Origin: Hemiscyllium ocellatum
Lineage: Eukaryota
Assembly: GCF_020745735.1 (NCBI RefSeq)
Contig: NC_083430.1
Location: 28,386,909 to 28,450,908 of the forward strand
Length of the DNA: 64,000 nucleotides
Reading direction: 5' to 3'
A program made the position numbers and the translations under genes. Of the stretch, positions 12,746 through 27,002 are shown one piece after another. The notes beneath the pieces are model-generated. The model was not told the origin of the DNA and searched no databases. It was given only the letters and a program-made list of their open reading frames with translations. How positions within the stretch are numbered: the stretch's first letter is position 1; each line of letters begins with the position of its first letter.

Positions 12746-14584
12746 TTATTATTGGCAGTGAAGTAAAACCATCTTTATTATGTGCTCCTCAAGTCAGAAT
12801 ATTTTCTTCATTAAAATGTTGATATAAGGAGAAAACAAAATTAAAACTGTTTCTCTCCTTGAAAAGTGTAATTGAATTATCCATCAATATTTTTGTGAAG
12901 CACAGTAGAATTCGTATTTGCTTCACTACATGCTCTCTAGAATGTCTGGACTTAGTTTGAGTCATTTACATCCAAACACACTGGACGTAGGAATTACATA
13001 CTAGAGTGAGGTTTTAACACAGCAGATCACATCATATGCCTAATTATTTGCTTTGTCAATTGCCTATTTTAACTCAAGCAACCACGTATTACAACCAAAT
13101 ATTGGGTAGAAGTGTTGTGGATATACTAAAGGAAGGAGGGCAGGTGTCTAATTCTGTTAATACTAATACTTGCATATACTCTGGGACAGTCTGACACCTG
13201 TATTGGACAGGTCCCACTCTGGAGTAAGTGTAAGGTTTTTCCACGTTTTTCTTTCGATGAAAGTCGATAAAGCTACGAGTATTTGACTTGTACCGCATTC
13301 TATTCTTAAAAGGAAAGTTATAAGGTACTAGTTTCGTATATTCTGTTACTTTCTTAAAATATTTCACAAGCTTGCATGCACACCAACACTAATGATGGTA
13401 TGATATCTGTAACCAGAAACTTTTTCTGGATGCTGGGTGAGTTGGCTTTAACATGTGCACAGTCTTGTGCTTGTGTTGCAAATGAATATTGCAGAATAAA
13501 GTCTATAATCCATTTATTTGGTCAGCCAGTTATGAGGTAGCTAAGCTAACTTGAAGGGTCTAGCCCTGTTATAACTGAAGAGTATTCATGTTGTTTCTTT
13601 AAAATGGGCAACTGTTCAACGCCAACTAGAAAGATCCCTGCCTGCTTTCATGAACTTAAACTGCTGAAATTCAGGCACAGTCAGATTAAAACTACCCATC
13701 AACTTCTGTTAAAGTTTGCGAAGATGATGTTAGGTGCGATATATAAAGCTTGCCTTTTAGAAAGATTCTGCACTTTAAACAATTCAAGCATGAATTGTTC
13801 AGGTCACCTCATTTTAGATGTTGATTTCTGCTGATAGCGCTCACGGTGATGTTGTCACATTTTCCTGCACCCGCAGCTTACATCATTTAGTATGTGCAAA
13901 CAGCTATTTCAGTGTATAGTACTTAAACATAAGCTGCGTTTTTTGTTCTCAATGTAATATCTTCTGAGGCCACTGAAATCCTGTCAAAACTAGCCATCAA
14001 TTTCTTGTAGGTGCAAGTTTTTCTGCCCATTATACCAAATGTGTTCTCAGTTTGGTTGAAGAAGTGGAATTCATCCTCTTCTGACTTATCCGTGTACCCC
14101 TAAGAGTTGCCTTCAATGGGCGAGAAAGCTGTTCACTACATGTTGTAAATTCTTTGACTCACTTAACAATTTCAGTTGTGAGGAAGCTGAGTGGATACTT
14201 GATTAGGCTTTTTGCTCTGCCATCATAAGATGTGCAAATACATTTAAACCAGGAGCTTGTACCCCTTGAAACAATATTCTCACTTAAGTGTTGAACTGTG
14301 TCCTCTGTGATTATTTTAATTTAAATTTTTTTTATTATCATAACACAAGTAGCTTGGCAAAATAAAGACATTGTATTCTGACCTGAAGAATGGAAAGTAG
14401 TAAGAAACATTAATAAGAATTTGTGCTTACAGAGGAATTTTGTTCCTACTGTCTGGTATTTGTTTGCAACTGAAAACAAAATAGCTTAACCAGATATTAG
14501 AGTTAAAAAGCATGTGTTTACAGCTAACGTTACTAATCTGCTGTACTCCCCACCCTTCACCTCCCTTCTGTCTCCTGATAAAAG

Positions 14585-14707
14585 TCTGTCAGTTGAGTTG
14601 TTCAGACCATGGTCGGTGTGATTCTTTCAATAAACGTTGTCTCTGTGATCCATTCTGGATGGAGAACTTCATTCGAGTTCAATTGGGAGATGGAGAAAGC
14701 AACTGTG
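14585..14707 (+). CDS. KIAA0319L: KIAA0319L exon, juxtamembrane Cys-rich/EGF-like module (ICQLSCSDHGRCDSFNKRCLCDPFWMENFIRVQLGDGESNC)
   Basis: aaag acceptor, G|gtaagt donor; 123 nt, phase 1->1; conserved CSDHG.CDSF.KRC.CDPFWMENF. Confidence 0.95.
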
Positions 14708-15469
14708 GTAAGTTCACAATTATTATTAAAGACAGTTGAGTTATCAATGTGAATTAAATCTGAACAGACCAACTTGTATATAATGTTTATTTACCATTCC
14801 TAAACATAAAAAAACTATTTTCAGAAATAAATTGTATAATTTGATACTCCTGCTTAGATATTTTCTCGTCAACCTGTTCAGAATATTATGACACGCCTCT
14901 AGAGCTGGTAAAACTTGAACCCAGGTCTCCTCGCTAAGAGAGCACTGCATCACAAGATCTTTCCTTACCCATAGAAGATCTCTGTTTTCTAGACAAAAGC
15001 ATTTTGAAAATATATATGATTTAAATTGCTAGTAAGATGTCCAGTAATACGAAGTATTGTTGTATAGATTTTCAAAATATTTAGAATAGCAGAAAGCAAG
15101 TCACAATCACTGCTTTTTTTAAGATTTGTGAAATTATGTACTTAGATTTGGACTCTTGTGAAAGTTGTTTTTTTTGTCTGAAAATGTTACATTGGCCATT
15201 GGATCTAAGAATGTAAAACCAATTTTCTTGGTTTGTCTCAACCGATCTGATAGTAAAATACATCTAGTTTGAGCATGAATGATTCTGATTTAGTTTTGTC
15301 ATTAGTACCTCAATATAATCCTGAATTGTTGGTCTATTTAAATTATTAATCTATCCTTTTTTTAAGTCTCAAAGCTTTTATCACTTCACTGCTTTCTTTT
15401 CTGTTTGGCTGACCATTTCTCTCTTGCCAAGTGCATTTAACATCTTACACAATGGGGATGGAGAACCAG

Positions 15470-17736
15470 TGCACTCACGCTTTTGGTGATAGTGACCACA
15501 ACTACCTCACATTCTACATTGCTATGGAGAAGGAGAGGGTTAGGCAAAATGGGAGGATATTTAATTGGGGAAGAGGAAACTATGATGCGATTAGACATGA
15601 GTTAGGAAGCATGGACTGGGAGCAACTGTTCCATGGTAAAGGCACTATAGACATGAGGAGACTGTTTAAGGAACAGTTGTTGCGAGTGATGAATAAATAT
15701 GTCCCTCTGAGACAGGCAAGAAGTGGTAAGATAAAGGAACCTTGGATGACAAGAGTGGTGGAGCTTCTCGTCAAAAGGAAGAAGGTAGCTTACATAAGGT
15801 GGAGGATGCTAGGGTCAAGCTCAGCTCTAGAGGATTACAGGCAGGCGAGGAAGGAGCTCAAAAATGGTCTGAGGAGAGCCAGGATGGGGCACGAGAAAGG
15901 CTTGGCAGAACGGATTTGGGAAAACACAAAGGCATTTTACACTTATGTGAGGAATAAGAGAATGGTCAAAGAAAGAATAGGGCCGATCAGGGATAGCATA
16001 GGGAACTTGTGTGTGGAGTCTGAGGAGGTAGGGGAAGCCCTAACTGAGTTTTTTGCATCTGTCTTTACGAAAGAAACGAACTTTGTAGTGAATAAAACCT
16101 TTGAAGAGCAGGTGTGCATGCTGGAATGGATAGAGATAGAGGAAGTTGATGTGCTGAAAATTTGTCAAACATTAAGATTGACAAGTTGCCAGGCCCAGAC
16201 CAGATTTGTCCTCGGCTGCTTTGGGGAACGAGAAATACGATAGCTTCGCCACTTGCAAAGATCTTTGCATCCTCGTTCTCCACTGGCGTCGTACCTGAGG
16301 ACTGGAGAATGGCAAATGTAATTCCTCTCTTCAAGGAAGGAAGTAGGGAAATCCCCGGCAATTACAGACCAGTAAGTCTCACATCTGTTGTCTGCAAGAT
16401 GTTAGAAAGGATTCTGAGGAATAGGATTTATGACCATCTGGAAGAGCATGCTTGATTAAATGCAGTCAACACAGCTTTGTGAGGGGCAGGTCATGCCTCA
16501 CAAAACTTATCGAGTTCTTTGAGGATGTTACTAGAACAGTCGATGAGGGTCGAGCTGTGGATGTGGTGTATATGGACTTCAGCAAGGCATTTGATAAGGT
16601 TCCCCATGGTAGGCTCATTCACAAGGTCAGGAGGAATGGGATACAGGGGAACTTAGCTGTCTGGATACAGAATTGGCTGGCCAACAGAAGACAGTGTGTG
16701 GTAGTAGAAGGAAAATATTCCGCCTGGAAGTCAGTGGTGAGTGGTATTCCACAGGGCTCTGTTTTTGGGCCTCTACTGTTTGTTTGTAATTTTCATTAAT
16801 GACTTGGATAGGGGATTGAAGGCTGGGTCAGCAAGTTTGCAGACGATACAAAGATTGGAGGTGTTGTTGCCAGTATAGAGGGCTGTTGTAGGCTGCAGCG
16901 GGACATTGACAGGATACAGAGATGGGCTGAGAGGTGGCAGATGGAGTTCAACCTGGATAAATGCAAGTGATGCATTTTGGAAGGTCGAATTTGAAAGCTG
17001 AGTACAGGATTAAGGATAGGATTCTTGGCAGTGTGGAGGAACAGAGGGATCTTGGTGTGCAGGTACATAGATCCCTTAAAATGACTACCCAAGTGGACAG
17101 GGTTGTTAAAAAAGCATTTGGTGTTTTGGCTTTCATTAACAGGGGGATTGAGTTTAAGAGTCGTGAGATCTTGTTGCAGCTCTATAAAACTTTGGTCAGA
17201 TCGCACTTGGAATACTGCGTCCAGTTCTGGTCACCCTATTACAGGAAAGATGTGGTCGCCCTATTACAGGAAAGATGTGGATGCTTTGGAGAAGGTTCAG
17301 AGGAGGTTTACCAGGATGCTGCCAGGACTGGAGGGCTTTATCTTATGAAGAGAGGTTGACTGAGCTCAGACGTTTTTCATTGGAGAAAAGGAGGAGGAAA
17401 GAGGACCTAATTGAGGTATACAAGATAATGAGAAGTATAGAGTTGATAGCCAGAGACTATTTCCCAGGGCAGAAATGGCTAACACGAGGGGTCATAGTTT
17501 TAAGCTGTTTGGAGGAAAGTATAGAGGGGATGTCAGAAGCGGGTTCTTTACACAGAGTTGTGAGAGCGTGGAATGTGTTGCCAGCAGCAGTTGTGGAAGC
17601 AAGGTCATTGGGGACATTTAAGAGACTGCTGGACATGCATATGGTCACAGAAATTTGAGGGTTCATACATGAGGATCAGTGGTCAGCACATCATGGGCTA
17701 AAGGGCCTGTTCTGCAGAACTGTTCTATGTTCTATT
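15470..17736 (+). mobile_element. CR1 LINE, about 2.3 kb of ORF2 (tether, RT and 3' UTR), frameshifted
   Basis: PGPDQICPRLL, GNYRPVSLTSVVCKMLE, VDVVYMDFSKAFDKVPH, GIPQGSV, FADDTK; internal 25-nt tandem duplication at 17228-17277. Confidence 0.95.
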
Positions 17737-17834
17737 ATAGGAGGCATACTAGGTAAATTGTACAGGATGTAAACAATCACATGGAGATCAAAAAGAGGCA
17801 ACTGTTGAAGATAGCTTTGAAAATAGAAGTAGGT

Positions 17835-17865
<31 letters not shown>
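17835..17865 (+). repeat. G31 homopolymer
   Basis: Direct inspection. Confidence 0.9.
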
Positions 17866-18084
17866 CGGAAACAGGTCAATGTAGCTGGCCAGTTAAAGAA
17901 ACATGCATTCATTGGCTGTGTGGATGGACAGATTAGGAGTGTTCTTCCTCACAACAGAGCAATGCACGTCATTTAGAAATTTTGTGTAGAGTAACACTGC
18001 CTTTTGGCAAAGGGAAGGTAATGGATTTCGATCAAAGTGTACAAATGCTGAACCAAACCAATTGTGATACAAAACACACAATTT

Positions 18085-18420
18085 ATGAGGTTGTTGACTT
18101 GCTCACTGAGCTGGTAAGTTTACTCACAGACATTTTGTCACCATGTTAGATAACATCAGTGCACCTCCGGTAAAGCATTGGTATTCTCTCCCGCTTGCTA
18201 TTTCTGTGTCTTGCTATTTCTGTGTCTTGCTATTTCTGTGTCTAGTTCTGCTAAGATAGATGGTGTCATTTCCGGTTTTATTGTTGGTTCAGTTTCTGTG
18301 TGGTTGGTACGTAGGGTCTAACCACATGTTTTTGTTAATGGAGTTTTGGGTTGAGTGCCAGGCTTCCAGGAATTCCTGGACGTGTCTCTGTTTGATGTAG
18401 CCTAGGATGGATGTTATGTG
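18085..18420 (-). mobile_element. Penelope-like 3' fragment of a second family, containing a 16-bp x3 tandem repeat (18194-18241)
   Basis: Minus strand encodes EFLEAWHS, a typical PLE C-terminus; the repeat is (CTTGCTATTTCTGTGT)3. Confidence 0.7.
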
Positions 18421-18738
18421 TTGGTATCATTGGAAACTATTCATGCCACTATTTTATAGAACACATAAGAATCCCTAAAGTTAACTTGGTTCCACAACTA
18501 GCCTAATATGTGAACTTACTTGTAAATCATGTATTCAATAGTAGTTTAATAATATCTTGTAGCTAAATTACTAGTTTTGATTAATAGAATGCTCTGTATA
18601 TTAACAGGCTATTGTAGGAAAAAAAGACATGTTTCAATTGAAATCCATGGAGTCAGCTTGTGGCAGCAATAACCAAATCATCTTCCATTTTAATGCTATT
18701 AAGAATTTACATTTGTTGCTTTTTGTTTTTACTTTTAG

Positions 18739-18829
18739 AGTGGAGCGTGCTCTACGTTGTCATAGCTGCATTTGTCATATTGGTTGCCATTGGAATTTTA
18801 GTTTGGATGGTCCTGTGCTTCTGTAAAAG
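18739..18829 (+). CDS. KIAA0319L: KIAA0319L exon, transmembrane helix (EWSVLYVVIAAFVILVAIGILVWMVLCFCK)
   Basis: acttttag acceptor, AG|gtaaag donor; 91 nt, phase 1->2; hydrophobic helix followed by Cys residues. Confidence 0.95.
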
Positions 18830-18988
18830 GTAAAGATTAGGCACCTTGTGCAACTCAACCTGTTTCTGGTATTTTCAGCATTTCCTCTCAGTTTCTACCC
18901 CCACCCCATACTGCAATTTCAAAACAAATAACCTTTCCTCTTTAACACAGCATAACAGTTATCCATCCAAGCTCATCTGTGAAGGCAT

Positions 18989-19350
18989 GGGTGGAATAAT
19001 GGCTCAGTGGTTAGCACTGCTACCTGTCAACGCCAGGGACCTGGGTTCAGTTCCAACGTTGGGTGACTGTGTGGGAGTTTGCTCATTCTCCCCATGTCTG
19101 TGTGGGTTTCCTCCGGGTGCTCTGGTTTCCTCCTGCAGTCTAAAGATGTGCAGGTTAGGTGGATTAGCCATGCTAAATTGCTCACAGTGTATGTGTAGGT
19201 TAGATGGATTAGCTATGGGAAATGTAGTGTTACAGAATAGGATAGGGGATTGGGTCTGATTGGGATGCTTTTCTGAGGGTTGGAATGGGCTTGATGGGCT
19301 GAATGGCCTGCTTTTGCATTGTAAGGCTTCTATAATTTATCTATTCTATG
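18989..19350 (+). mobile_element. tRNA-derived SINE (HE1/V-SINE type)
   Basis: A box TGGCTCAGTGG, B box GGTTCAGTTCC, central GGGTTTCCTCCGGGTGCTC.GGTTTCCTCC, CR1-like tail. Confidence 0.85.
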
Positions 19351-20339
19351 AAAATGTAATATTACACTAGGGGAAGATGAACCACTTTCTGATGTTCCAC
19401 CAAAAAAAAAATTGTTTTATTATCTGGACCTAGTTAATCTCTCATTTTTGTCTATGAGCTTTTCTTGCCAAGGTGGCATTTCTCTGTCAGGGGCACAAGT
19501 GGGCCATTCAAATTTCTGCTGTCTAGTTTACTAGGTGAGAATGGCTGAAATTAGTTACAGGTAAATTAAATTTATACCAAGTCAAAAACAACAGTTCGGT
19601 ATTTTCCCAAAGCTTTTAGATCCACTGGTGGTCATTGACCTATTTCATGGATCGGGGAACATTTTGGTGCTTGTCAAGTTGTAGGAAGAGTGCTGTGTGT
19701 TGATTCTACATTACTAAATATTTCATAATGTTTAGTTGGTGGGCATTTCTCAAGATTCATTCACGCTTCTCTCTAGGAATGACTGAAACTAATTAATAAG
19801 TTTGGAGGTGTATGTTTGTCATGTGTATTTCGAAATAAAATCTTATAAATTATGCCAAGATTAGGATTCATTCTAAACTTTAGTACCTGGGCGGCATCCT
19901 CCTCTTATCGCCTAGATTGAGTATTGCAGTTTCTTCTGTTTGTACTGAGAGTCCAGCAGTTCACGAGTTGTTCGATAGCTCCAGTTCATCTGTAACAATC
20001 ATAATTAGTTGAATTTAATCTAGACTCCCAGTCTGGATGTACATGGAGTGAAATTAATTTAGTGTTCAAGTTTTGCTGATGAGGTTCAAGATACCAGATC
20101 CTGGGGAATGGGACTGGATGTTAATAAGTAAATTGGCTCAGATCTGAATATATACTTTTCCCTTTTACTTGAGACACAGTGTATGACAGAACCTACAATG
20201 AAAATGGGAGTATCAAGGCTGGATCACTTCAGGTGGAGTTGTCTGAATGTATGATACAAATTTATTACGATATTTAAAAGTCACCAATTAAGTTTGTTTG
20301 CCTGATGTTAATGATTAATTTTACTCCACTCTGATTATT

Positions 20340-20495
20340 GAGTCATAGAGATGTACAGCATGGAAACAGAACCTTTGATCCAACTTATCCATGCCGACCA
20401 GACATCCTAAATTAATCTAGTAGCACCTGCCAGCACTTGGCCCATATCCCTCTAAACCCTTCCTATCCATATAACCATCCAGATGCCTTTTAAAA
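20340..20495 (-). mobile_element. CR1 3'-end fragment
   Basis: Reverse complement of the tail of the 9080-10160 CR1 family. Confidence 0.75.
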
Positions 20496-21986
20496 TCCAC
20501 AGTTAATTGTGATCATCAGTGATGAAAAGTGATTGCTGTCGGAACAATCATGCAGCACTTAATCTTCTTGGATTATCTTCATCTGTGTTTTCAGTTGAAA
20601 GAATTTTGTTTGAAAATTATTTTGTGGTTTAACTTCAAGGATAGGGTTTTCAATTTCTACAATTGAATGCTGGACTAGGACCTTTTAATTGATTACTGTA
20701 CTTCAGAGGCATCTTTGACTAATCCAACTTTCAGTTTTAGAAATCACCGACAATTGAAATACCATGTGGCGATCCACTGTGTGCTGTGTCAATATGTACA
20801 TTAGTATGTACATTTAAACAATTCATCTGAAAGTTTATCTGTTTCCTGGAAAGAGAAAAGATCTCCAGAGTTTTGCACTTTGTATGGTTATAAAAGGTTG
20901 ACATGCTGACTGTCCACCTTAGAGAGCCTATCCTCTTCCCACTCTCGTCCATTCCATTCCAATATCAGTGCCATGACCCCCAGTTTGCAAACTACTGTTT
21001 TTGATCTCCCAAATTTTTATTTCCTCTTTCTGTTTAATAGCAGCAACATTGTCACTCACCTAAGTACCCTAGTCCATTGCAATTTAGGATGCCATCATTA
21101 CCATATGATTTCTGCTGGATCGGGGATAGGTTGCAGTATATTTTCTTGCAGAGGGACTCTATGTTCAATTTCAGTTCATCTAGTGTTTTGTTTGCTAGCA
21201 AGGACCAGTAACTTGAGAAAAGAATGCTTAAGGTATGCTTTTATACCTCTACAAAAGAAAAGTGAGGTTCACAGAACACTTCTTAAATAACTTCGGTTTT
21301 TAAGCAGATTTATTTTCAGGCTTTATAGCAACACCTCTAGCGAAGAGAATGATCTAGTAAATAATTTGCTGTAGGTATAGTAAGCAGGGTCCTTGAGGCC
21401 AAGGGGAAGCGGCACCCTTTCTGAACAATTTCTTTTCTCTCATTCTAACGGGTCTCTCCTTTCCAGACTCAGAAAAGAAAAAGCATGCTCCCATTCCTAA
21501 TGAATTGATCAGTTTCTCAATTTACCACCACCCCTCATCTTTTGTTGAGAAGAAACAGACTTTAGAAGAAAACGGTACCTTAAGTCCAACACTCTAATTG
21601 GGATCAGGTGGAGAGACATACAGTGTAACATTTTTCCTCACCCAGCTATACACAATTGATTGAACTATTCCTTGAGAGGTGAGACTTTCCTGATGCTAAC
21701 TTGTGCTTAGGGGTGAGGGGTTCTGTAATTGTTTAAGATTTTAAAATTACTGAGTTTACAAGTTTTTTTGCCCAAGAAGGACTTACTTGCTTCCAATGAC
21801 GAGCCAAAATGGCTGGTCAATCACTAACAGTTCTCGGTTAAAATGGACTTGGCTGTCATCTGTAATGGTTTCTGATTGTATCATGGGCTATTAAATAACA
21901 GCCTTTCATTTACAACATGACATCTTGGAGCCATCTGAACCCCAATGAGATCCTGCTGCCTTCCACTTATTTCAAGTGGTGTAAGT

Positions 21987-22305
21987 AGATTAGATTAGAT
22001 TAGACTTACAGTGTGGAAACAGGCCCTTCAGCCCAACAAGTCCACACCGACCCGCCGAAGCGCAACCCACCCATACCCCTACATTTACCCCTTACCTAAC
22101 ACTACAGGCAATTTAGCATGGCCAATTCACCTGACCCGCACATCTTTGTGACTGTGGGAGGAAACCGGAGCACCCGGAGGAAACCCACGCAGACACGGGG
22201 AGAACGTGCAAACTCCACACAGTCAGTCGCCTGAGTCGGGAATTGAACCCAGGTCTACAGGCGCTGTGAGGCAGCAGTGCTAACCACTGTGCCACCGTGC
22301 CGCCC
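21987..22305 (-). mobile_element. Young HE1-type SINE
   Basis: Intact A/B boxes, CpGs retained, (CTAAT)n tail, possible 5-bp TSD AAGTA (21983 and 22307). Confidence 0.92.
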
Positions 22306-23823
22306 AAAGTACTTTTGGGCCAAAGTAGAACAGTGAAAAGGCCAAGGGGAAAGAGATTGTGTTTGCATATGAGGATTGCCAGTGATATGAGACTGGCTAA
22401 GTGAAGGTGGCATCATAATCTAAGTCAACATGGAAGAATACAGCTGCAGAAATCTTGACCCATGATCGCCATGAACCTGTCAGATAAGAGAAGCTTGGAA
22501 AATGTTACAATTGGCTATTTTTCAATATCCGATTCTCAATCAGATTGTTACGTTGAGACATTAGATGGCAATAATGTATGAGCAATCATGCACTGTTTTA
22601 CATTTTTGCAACCACAATAACAACGATGGAAAAGGAAACAAAAGACAACTTATTGAATGGGGTATTTAGAGAAGCTTCAGTTATGGTCTCCATATATAAA
22701 TCAAAGATGGAAGGTGATGGCCCTCTCTTTCCACTGTTATAAAAACGCTGCATGATGAGTGTATGATTGTTATCAATTAATCTAAGCCAACATGGGATTT
22801 GCAAGAACTGCCTCCAAGCCACAGTTCATATTCAGTAATTGAAAGTAAATGGTATTCCCCCCTTCCTCTCTTTAACTAAAATAATATGATAACAACTGAA
22901 TTCCTGTTCATAAAGTTGAATCCAGTTATTTGATTTCTGCCATGTCTTGCAGATGTCTTTCCTTGTTCCTCAGCAAAGGAAGTTATTGCTGGTATGCTGG
23001 CCAGTATTTATCCCTCCAGCAGTGTCAACTTGTTTCAAATATGTGAGGACTTGCGTCAAAACCACTATGTTGGACAGGAGCACCCATAGGCAATTAAATC
23101 CTCTAAGGGTATTTCTAGATGAATTACTTTTAGTGCACAGTTAGGAGCCACTACCAGTGTATGCTCAGTGACATTAAGGCAATTCTTTCCAATATCTTTT
23201 GTTCCCTTTTTTGTTTATGCTCATTCAGACCATTGGTTAGTATGATTACTTTTTCCTCCTCTTCTGTCTTCAACACCCAACAAATCCAAAAATATCTTTA
23301 TTTACAACTCCAAGAATGGACTTTATAACCCCTTTTGTGGAATTCCAAAACATTTTTCAACTAATAAGTATTTTCAAAATGTGATGGAAATACAGTTGCC
23401 AATTTATGCACTACAAATCCAAAAGCCTGTAATGTGATTATTAGATAAAGTCTTGACTCCCTGTACGAACATGCAAACATAGGCTATCAGTACTCCTTTT
23501 CTCACACCTTTCTTTCTCTTAAAGTTTTCTTTTATCCCTATATCATCTTTTGTTAACTGTGTGCCATTTTCCTGCTTTCAGCTGAGAATATACTTATTTT
23601 AAATACTAGGTTTGACAGAACACAAATAAATGGTGAAGGGATGGAGTAGAGCATTGCTTAATAAAAACTAATGCTGAAATAGCACAAGTTTTTTGAGTGA
23701 AGTAAGGAAGATTTATTACCTGTAGTCATGCCTTGTAATGTTAACCTTGGTTATTCTGTAATATAGTTGTAATGTAGTCCAATTCAATTGACATTTTCTA
23801 AATATTCTGGATTGATGTTTCAG

Positions 23824-23918
23824 GCGTAAAGGAAAACCTAGAAGGAAGAGCAGATATAAAATACTAGATGCTACAGATGATCATGAAAGTCTGGAATTGA
23901 AGTCTAACTCCAAGCCAG
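23824..23918 (+). CDS. KIAA0319L: KIAA0319L exon, cytoplasmic tail (RRKGKPRRKSRYKILDATDDHESLELKSNSKP)
   Basis: tttcag acceptor, G|gtattg donor; 95 nt, phase 2->1; basic stop-transfer cluster and YKIL motif. Confidence 0.94.
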
Positions 23919-26900
23919 GTATTGGGATGCGGAAGAAACGTTGACGCTGTGACTTTTCAGGGTTCATTGACTTTTTTGCTTTTACTCCTTGAATCTCACC
24001 ACATCACCACCTAGCACCCTTCATGACAGTAGCAAGATACCTTCACACTCTTAATATTGCACCAAAGCTATTCCCTAGCATGAACCCACTTCACGAAGAG
24101 ACATTGCCAAGATCTTTTCTCCAGTCACCGAATGATGCAGTATGTTGCAAATCCAGTGTTTACAGACAAGAAACATTTAATTCTTGCAAAGTAATAGAAA
24201 TTCCAAAGATAAATTGGTTTTGGCATGAACATTTTAACTTTTTTTTAAAGGAATCCCTGTGCCCCATTTGATCTCAGAAAATATGTACATGAACCAGGTC
24301 TTAGCAGAGCTGACCCATTGCTGTTGCAGAAGAAAATTCTAAGCACAATGAGTCTGGTGTGCCAGTTCTCTCATCTGCCCTGTTGCAACCTCGACTCAAG
24401 AGTAGAGATTTACTGATGTTATGGAGAAGTAGACATTGGGTGCTCACCGCCTTTTCACCTCTATCTGTAATAGCTCAGTCCTTCTGTGCTAATTGCAAAA
24501 GCGCTGTGATACTTGGCTTAAATATGTGTATCAAATTCCTAATGTAAATAGCTTTACAGTTTAAATTGCCTTCCTCAGCATCTAAATGACAAGGCATCAA
24601 AAGTAGAAGTGTCAGAGATATTCTTCTGAAATTAGAATAAAGGGAGATTTACTCTGCACATGTCCTTACCAGCACAGACATGCTTCTGCATTATCCACAA
24701 TTATTCCCTTTTGGATACTTTGAATTTCAGGATTTTATAATGTGGTAAATGCTACAATTGGTCAGTTGCCTTTATCAAAGTGGGACCCAGCAATTTGTTC
24801 ACCTACAGAGAATACAACTTGTGTCTGGGGACCTATGTAATGTGAATGCTTGATGTTCAGTTGGGACAAGGCAGATCAAAATTTTAGAACTAGAAGCTAG
24901 AAACTTGAAATAGTAACGCAAATTGCTGGAAAAACTTAGGTTGTGTAGAGACAAAAACACTGTTTCAGGCTGACTATCTTTCATGAGAGTTTGAACTAAG
25001 ACACACCGGTCTGAACATTCTTTCCTGCCCTTGCCAAAATCACAAGGATATATTCGGGGTGTGTATCTGGAGTTCTCAAACTGCATGAGCAGCAACTACT
25101 GGAGTCTGAAACAGTTTCGTGCTCTGCAACATAGTACCTGATCACTCCACCCGATACCCCAATGAGGCAAGCGTATAATCTTCAAATCTCACTGGAGCTC
25201 CTAAACCCTCCCCCCCCCCCCCCCCCCCCCTCCACCCCCCAAAGAGTTATTTTACTAACAATAATTAAGATATTGTTTATGTAGTTTTAGCATAGGGATA
25301 CATCCCAAGGCATTTCTCAGAAATTTAAACAAAAGTTGATGCCACGCCAAGTTAGCAGACATTAGGAGAGTGATTAATGATATTGTGAAGAGATTAGACT
25401 TATAGATTCTTGAGAGGAGAGTCGGAGTTTACTTTGCTTCTTTCAGGGCTTGGAGCTGAGACACTTGAGGCACAGCCAATAGCACTGATGTGGAAGAAGA
25501 ACCAAGTGCTGTACTGGAGGAATACAAAATTCTCAGAAGATTCATGATTCATTCAGCTCATACAGACACAGTAGGCCAAATGCCTCTTTCTGGGCTGTCA
25601 CATTTCTATGGTGGTTGGACTAGTAGAGTATTATAGAGATGTAGAGGTGAGATTTATTGTATGCGATTTAGATACGTTGTATAGATGAGAAGTTAAAATT
25701 TTGAATTTTGGGAAACTCTGAGTCAGTGTAGGTCAAAGAGCACACAGATGTGTGAATGCTACATGGTGTGGGTTGGTGTACAGTCAATTGTATGTTGGAT
25801 GAATTGACGTTTATGGTGGGTGGAGATCCTGAAATTTTTGAGCAGTGAAGTCTAGGTATGACTGAGGCATACATGAGGGATTCAGCAGTGGATCGAAACA
25901 GCATAAAGATAAACATTGTTCCAGGTATGCAATGAGGTGTCTACAGTCGTAGAAACTATTCTTGGAAGTCAAGTAGGTCAACGTGAAATATAAGTCAAGA
26001 AAGGAAATGAAATTAGTGAAGATGCAAAGTTTGTGATAGGGACTGAAAATGATAACTTGGAGCCATCAGAAGACACTTGTGTCAGGCCTCCATTACAAAG
26101 GCCTTTTATGGATGTACAAAGAGGCATTTCACAGGTATTTCTGGTTCCTTAATTTATCTCAGTTGAGCTGAGAAAATATTTCTGCAGTCCCTCTAACCGG
26201 GCCATAAAGGCCTGATCTAAACTGGGTCGAATCCCAGTACAGCTGGGTTCCAACCCATTTAACACTTGCAGCTACCTATGTAAAAACAAAATGGATTTAA
26301 ATCTAGGATCCTGCTTTTTGAACTAAATTGTATAACACTTTTTGAATAGTCTCTGTTATAAGGCTGCATATAACAACCGGTTGAGCAATTTCTGCAAATG
26401 AACTCAATATGTACAATGGATAAGAAAGCATCATTGTTTCACTTTTATTTTTTCATTTTTGTCATAATGTAAGACTTTGAGTTTGGCACATGTAAAAACA
26501 ATGTGGTATTTTGGTTGTTACTGTAATCTATTCACAAAAATTAAAACAATTTATCAACACACTAGTTTAACTTGTTCAAAGTTTGGAACCTTAAAATTTT
26601 GCTTTGTAACTTGAAGATGGTCCTCTTTATATTTTACTTTAACTAATTTTTTGGACTCCAGAGTTAAATGTTCACTTTGTTGATCTATTCTCATTTACTA
26701 TTGCACAATCCTACTTCAGCTGATCAGCCAATGACAACAAAAAAAATGTCACTAAACCTTATATTTGTATGTGTAATGGAGTTATGCTAATGGTAATATG
26801 CAGGTGACTATATTCATGGTTAAAATCTTGGTGCCATACCTATATGACTTGAATTTCTAAATTCCTACTTTCCTTTCTCAAATAGGCAGTATTATCAAAC

Positions 26901-27002
26901 TAATAGCAGTTTCACCAGCAAAAATACCACATAAGCTGTTCTTTGACGGTGATTATGTTTCCTCTCTATTTTGCGGCGTTGCTGATAAATGTTTCATTGC
27001 AG

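Noticed and set aside
15431-17658. Long RT-like ORFs as a host gene or active LINE
   Set aside because: 5'-truncated, frameshifted CR1 ORF2.
18194-18241. CRISPR-like repeat array
   Set aside because: Three adjacent 16-bp copies with no spacers, inside a eukaryotic retroelement.
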